Shown: one piece after another, positions 60,293-62,000 of the stretch
How positions within the stretch are numbered: position 1 is the first letter of the stretch
Layout: every line of letters starts with the position of its first letter
Assembly (NCBI RefSeq): GCF_964275005.1
Contig: NW_027307649.1
Span: 682,001-744,000 of the forward strand
Direction: 5' to 3'
DNA length: 62,000 nucleotides
DNA from: Diadema setosum
Lineage: Eukaryota
Notes under the pieces: model-generated
What the model was told of the DNA's origin: nothing
The model's input: only the letters and a program-made list of their open reading frames with translations
The model's database searches: none
Position numbers and translations under genes: made by a program

Positions 60293-61280
60293 CTGAAATC
60301 AAAAGCGTAATGAGAAACGTCGCAAATGTAAAAGAGACTTTACAGACAGACAGATGAACTGACGTCATAGTTATGAAAAAGCACTGAACCTCTCTGCTCA
60401 AACGACAAAAAAAGAAAAGAAAAAGAAACAGCAACAACACAACATAGCTTTTGATGTAGCTATTCAACACAAGGTTTGCCAATAGCATAAAATCCAAAAG
60501 TTGGCAATTTCAATTGATGTGAATTTATGACAACATAACATGAGGAAGAAATTGTAGGTCCTTAAATATGTCCTCACCATGAAATTGTTGTAATTGAAAG
60601 CTTCAATATACAAGTAATCATTAAAAATACTCTTTGATGCACACATCCACTCTTACGAAACATAAGGCATGAACAGTGTGCCTACATAAGCAAATCAAAC
60701 TGCCAAATAATAGCAGTAGAACACTCTGCCATCCTACCAAAGTGCACTGCTTACACAACTTTTATGCATCTACATTGTAGGTAATCTGTGATCACCTCTC
60801 CTAACCCTTTCCCCTAATTCCCTGCCCCACCCCCCCCCCCCTTCCAGTGTGGGTGAAGGTGTCTATTATTAACCCCTGATCTGCCAGTTCAGAACCCTTT
60901 CCATCCTCAAACCAGGAATACTGCATTGTGTACAAATCCTATCAGTGTACAGTACCTCAGCCTAATAAATCCTGTCTAGAAGCTTGCAAACCTAGCCACA
61001 CTGTTTCAATGTAGATTTATTTGTCTATTAATTAAGTGTATAATCAACATCCCCCACTTCCATCAAATTCCATCAAATCAAACTCTTTGTGAGTACCTTT
61101 TAAGCTGGGGCATGTACACATGCTTTATAAAGCCTAAGTAGATCCTTTAATCATTTGTTTGCTTTGTTGTGTTGTTCTCAATTGTGCAATGTGCTACTGC
61201 AAGGTTAAAGTATGAGGTAGGTGTACATGGCATTCAGCTCTAAGCCAGGGTTTTCTTGTGCAAGTCACACCATCACCCTA

Positions 61281-61459
61281 TGGCCCGCATTCACAAAGGT
61301 GGTACAATCTCTGTAGTTTTGTATGGGACGCCAAGTGTGAAATGACTGATTTCGTAACGAAATAGGCCATGCAACACTTGGCACCCCTACAAAACTACGG
61401 TCTTTGTTCATGGTTTAAACCATGGACAACGATTGTACCACCTTCGTGCATTTGGGCCA
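61281..61459. mobile_element. Palindromic MITE, PIF/Harbinger-like termini
   Basis: TGGCCCGCATTCACAAAGGTGGTACAATC / GATTGTACCACCTTCGTGCATTTGGGCCA; second internal inverted repeat GTAGTTTTGTA...CCAAGTGT / ACACTTGG...TACAAAACTAC. Confidence 0.7.
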
Positions 61460-62000
61460 ACTAATTTGTATGTATTTGCTTTTAATCCAAAATGCAGACT
61501 TGCTCTCAGACTCATGTACAATCCACAACTGAAGTTACTGTGCGTGCCAAAGATCTGAAGTGAAAATTACGGCCATAGGTAGAGTCAGATGGGGAAATGA
61601 TGCATGTGAATGATTTTCGTTGGTAGGTGTTCATTGTCATGAGCTAGCTGTATAACATTCCTATTAATCCTTTAATGTAGAATGGGGATTAAAGACCCGG
61701 TAGCAGGGAGAAACATGGGTGGTCTGGTTGAATTCACTGGGGTACATGTACATTCAAAATCTATAAATAGCACCCGTCAGCCACATATATGTTAGCAGAT
61801 TTATGCATCAAAACTTATGTATTATGCTCATCGGTAATGGTGGACTCTAGTCAAGACTATTCTTCAGCTGTGTGTGTACTGTTACAGCTGTATGTGTACA
61901 TACACATAGAAATCAGTGACAAAGCTGTACACAATCCATTACAGGAATTCTGGAATATATCTGAGTCAGGCCAGCCTTCCCACTTCATGGTATCTCCATG

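Noticed and set aside
60293..62000. Further upstream exons or a promoter
   Set aside because: No segment with a convincing acceptor, donor and open phase-2 frame; the gene start is probably beyond the window.

Overview
AT-rich animal genomic DNA. The repeat landscape and GC-rich exons suggest a marine invertebrate such as an echinoderm, but this is an inference. The whole window lies inside one large minus-strand gene encoding a divergent dynein heavy chain, most likely DNHD1-like. I reconstructed 40 internal exons by hand (60292 to 6123). They join phase-consistently into about 2240 codons with no stop, covering tail, linker (DHC_N2), AAA1, AAA2 and the start of the AAA2/3 region; the start and stop codons lie outside the window. 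AAA1 keeps a P-loop but has lost the Walker B Glu, sensor-I Asn and sensor-II Arg, and it carries a ~135-aa insertion with two RRRHS motifs. Positions 1-6034 are an intronic head-to-tail array (2549-bp period) of a non-autonomous Helentron/DINE-like element. Other introns hold a decayed Tc1/mariner, several MITEs (TTAA, TA and 9-bp TSDs), a tRNA-derived SINE and many micro/minisatellites. No prokaryotic features, CRISPR arrays, rRNA genes or intact tRNA genes were seen.
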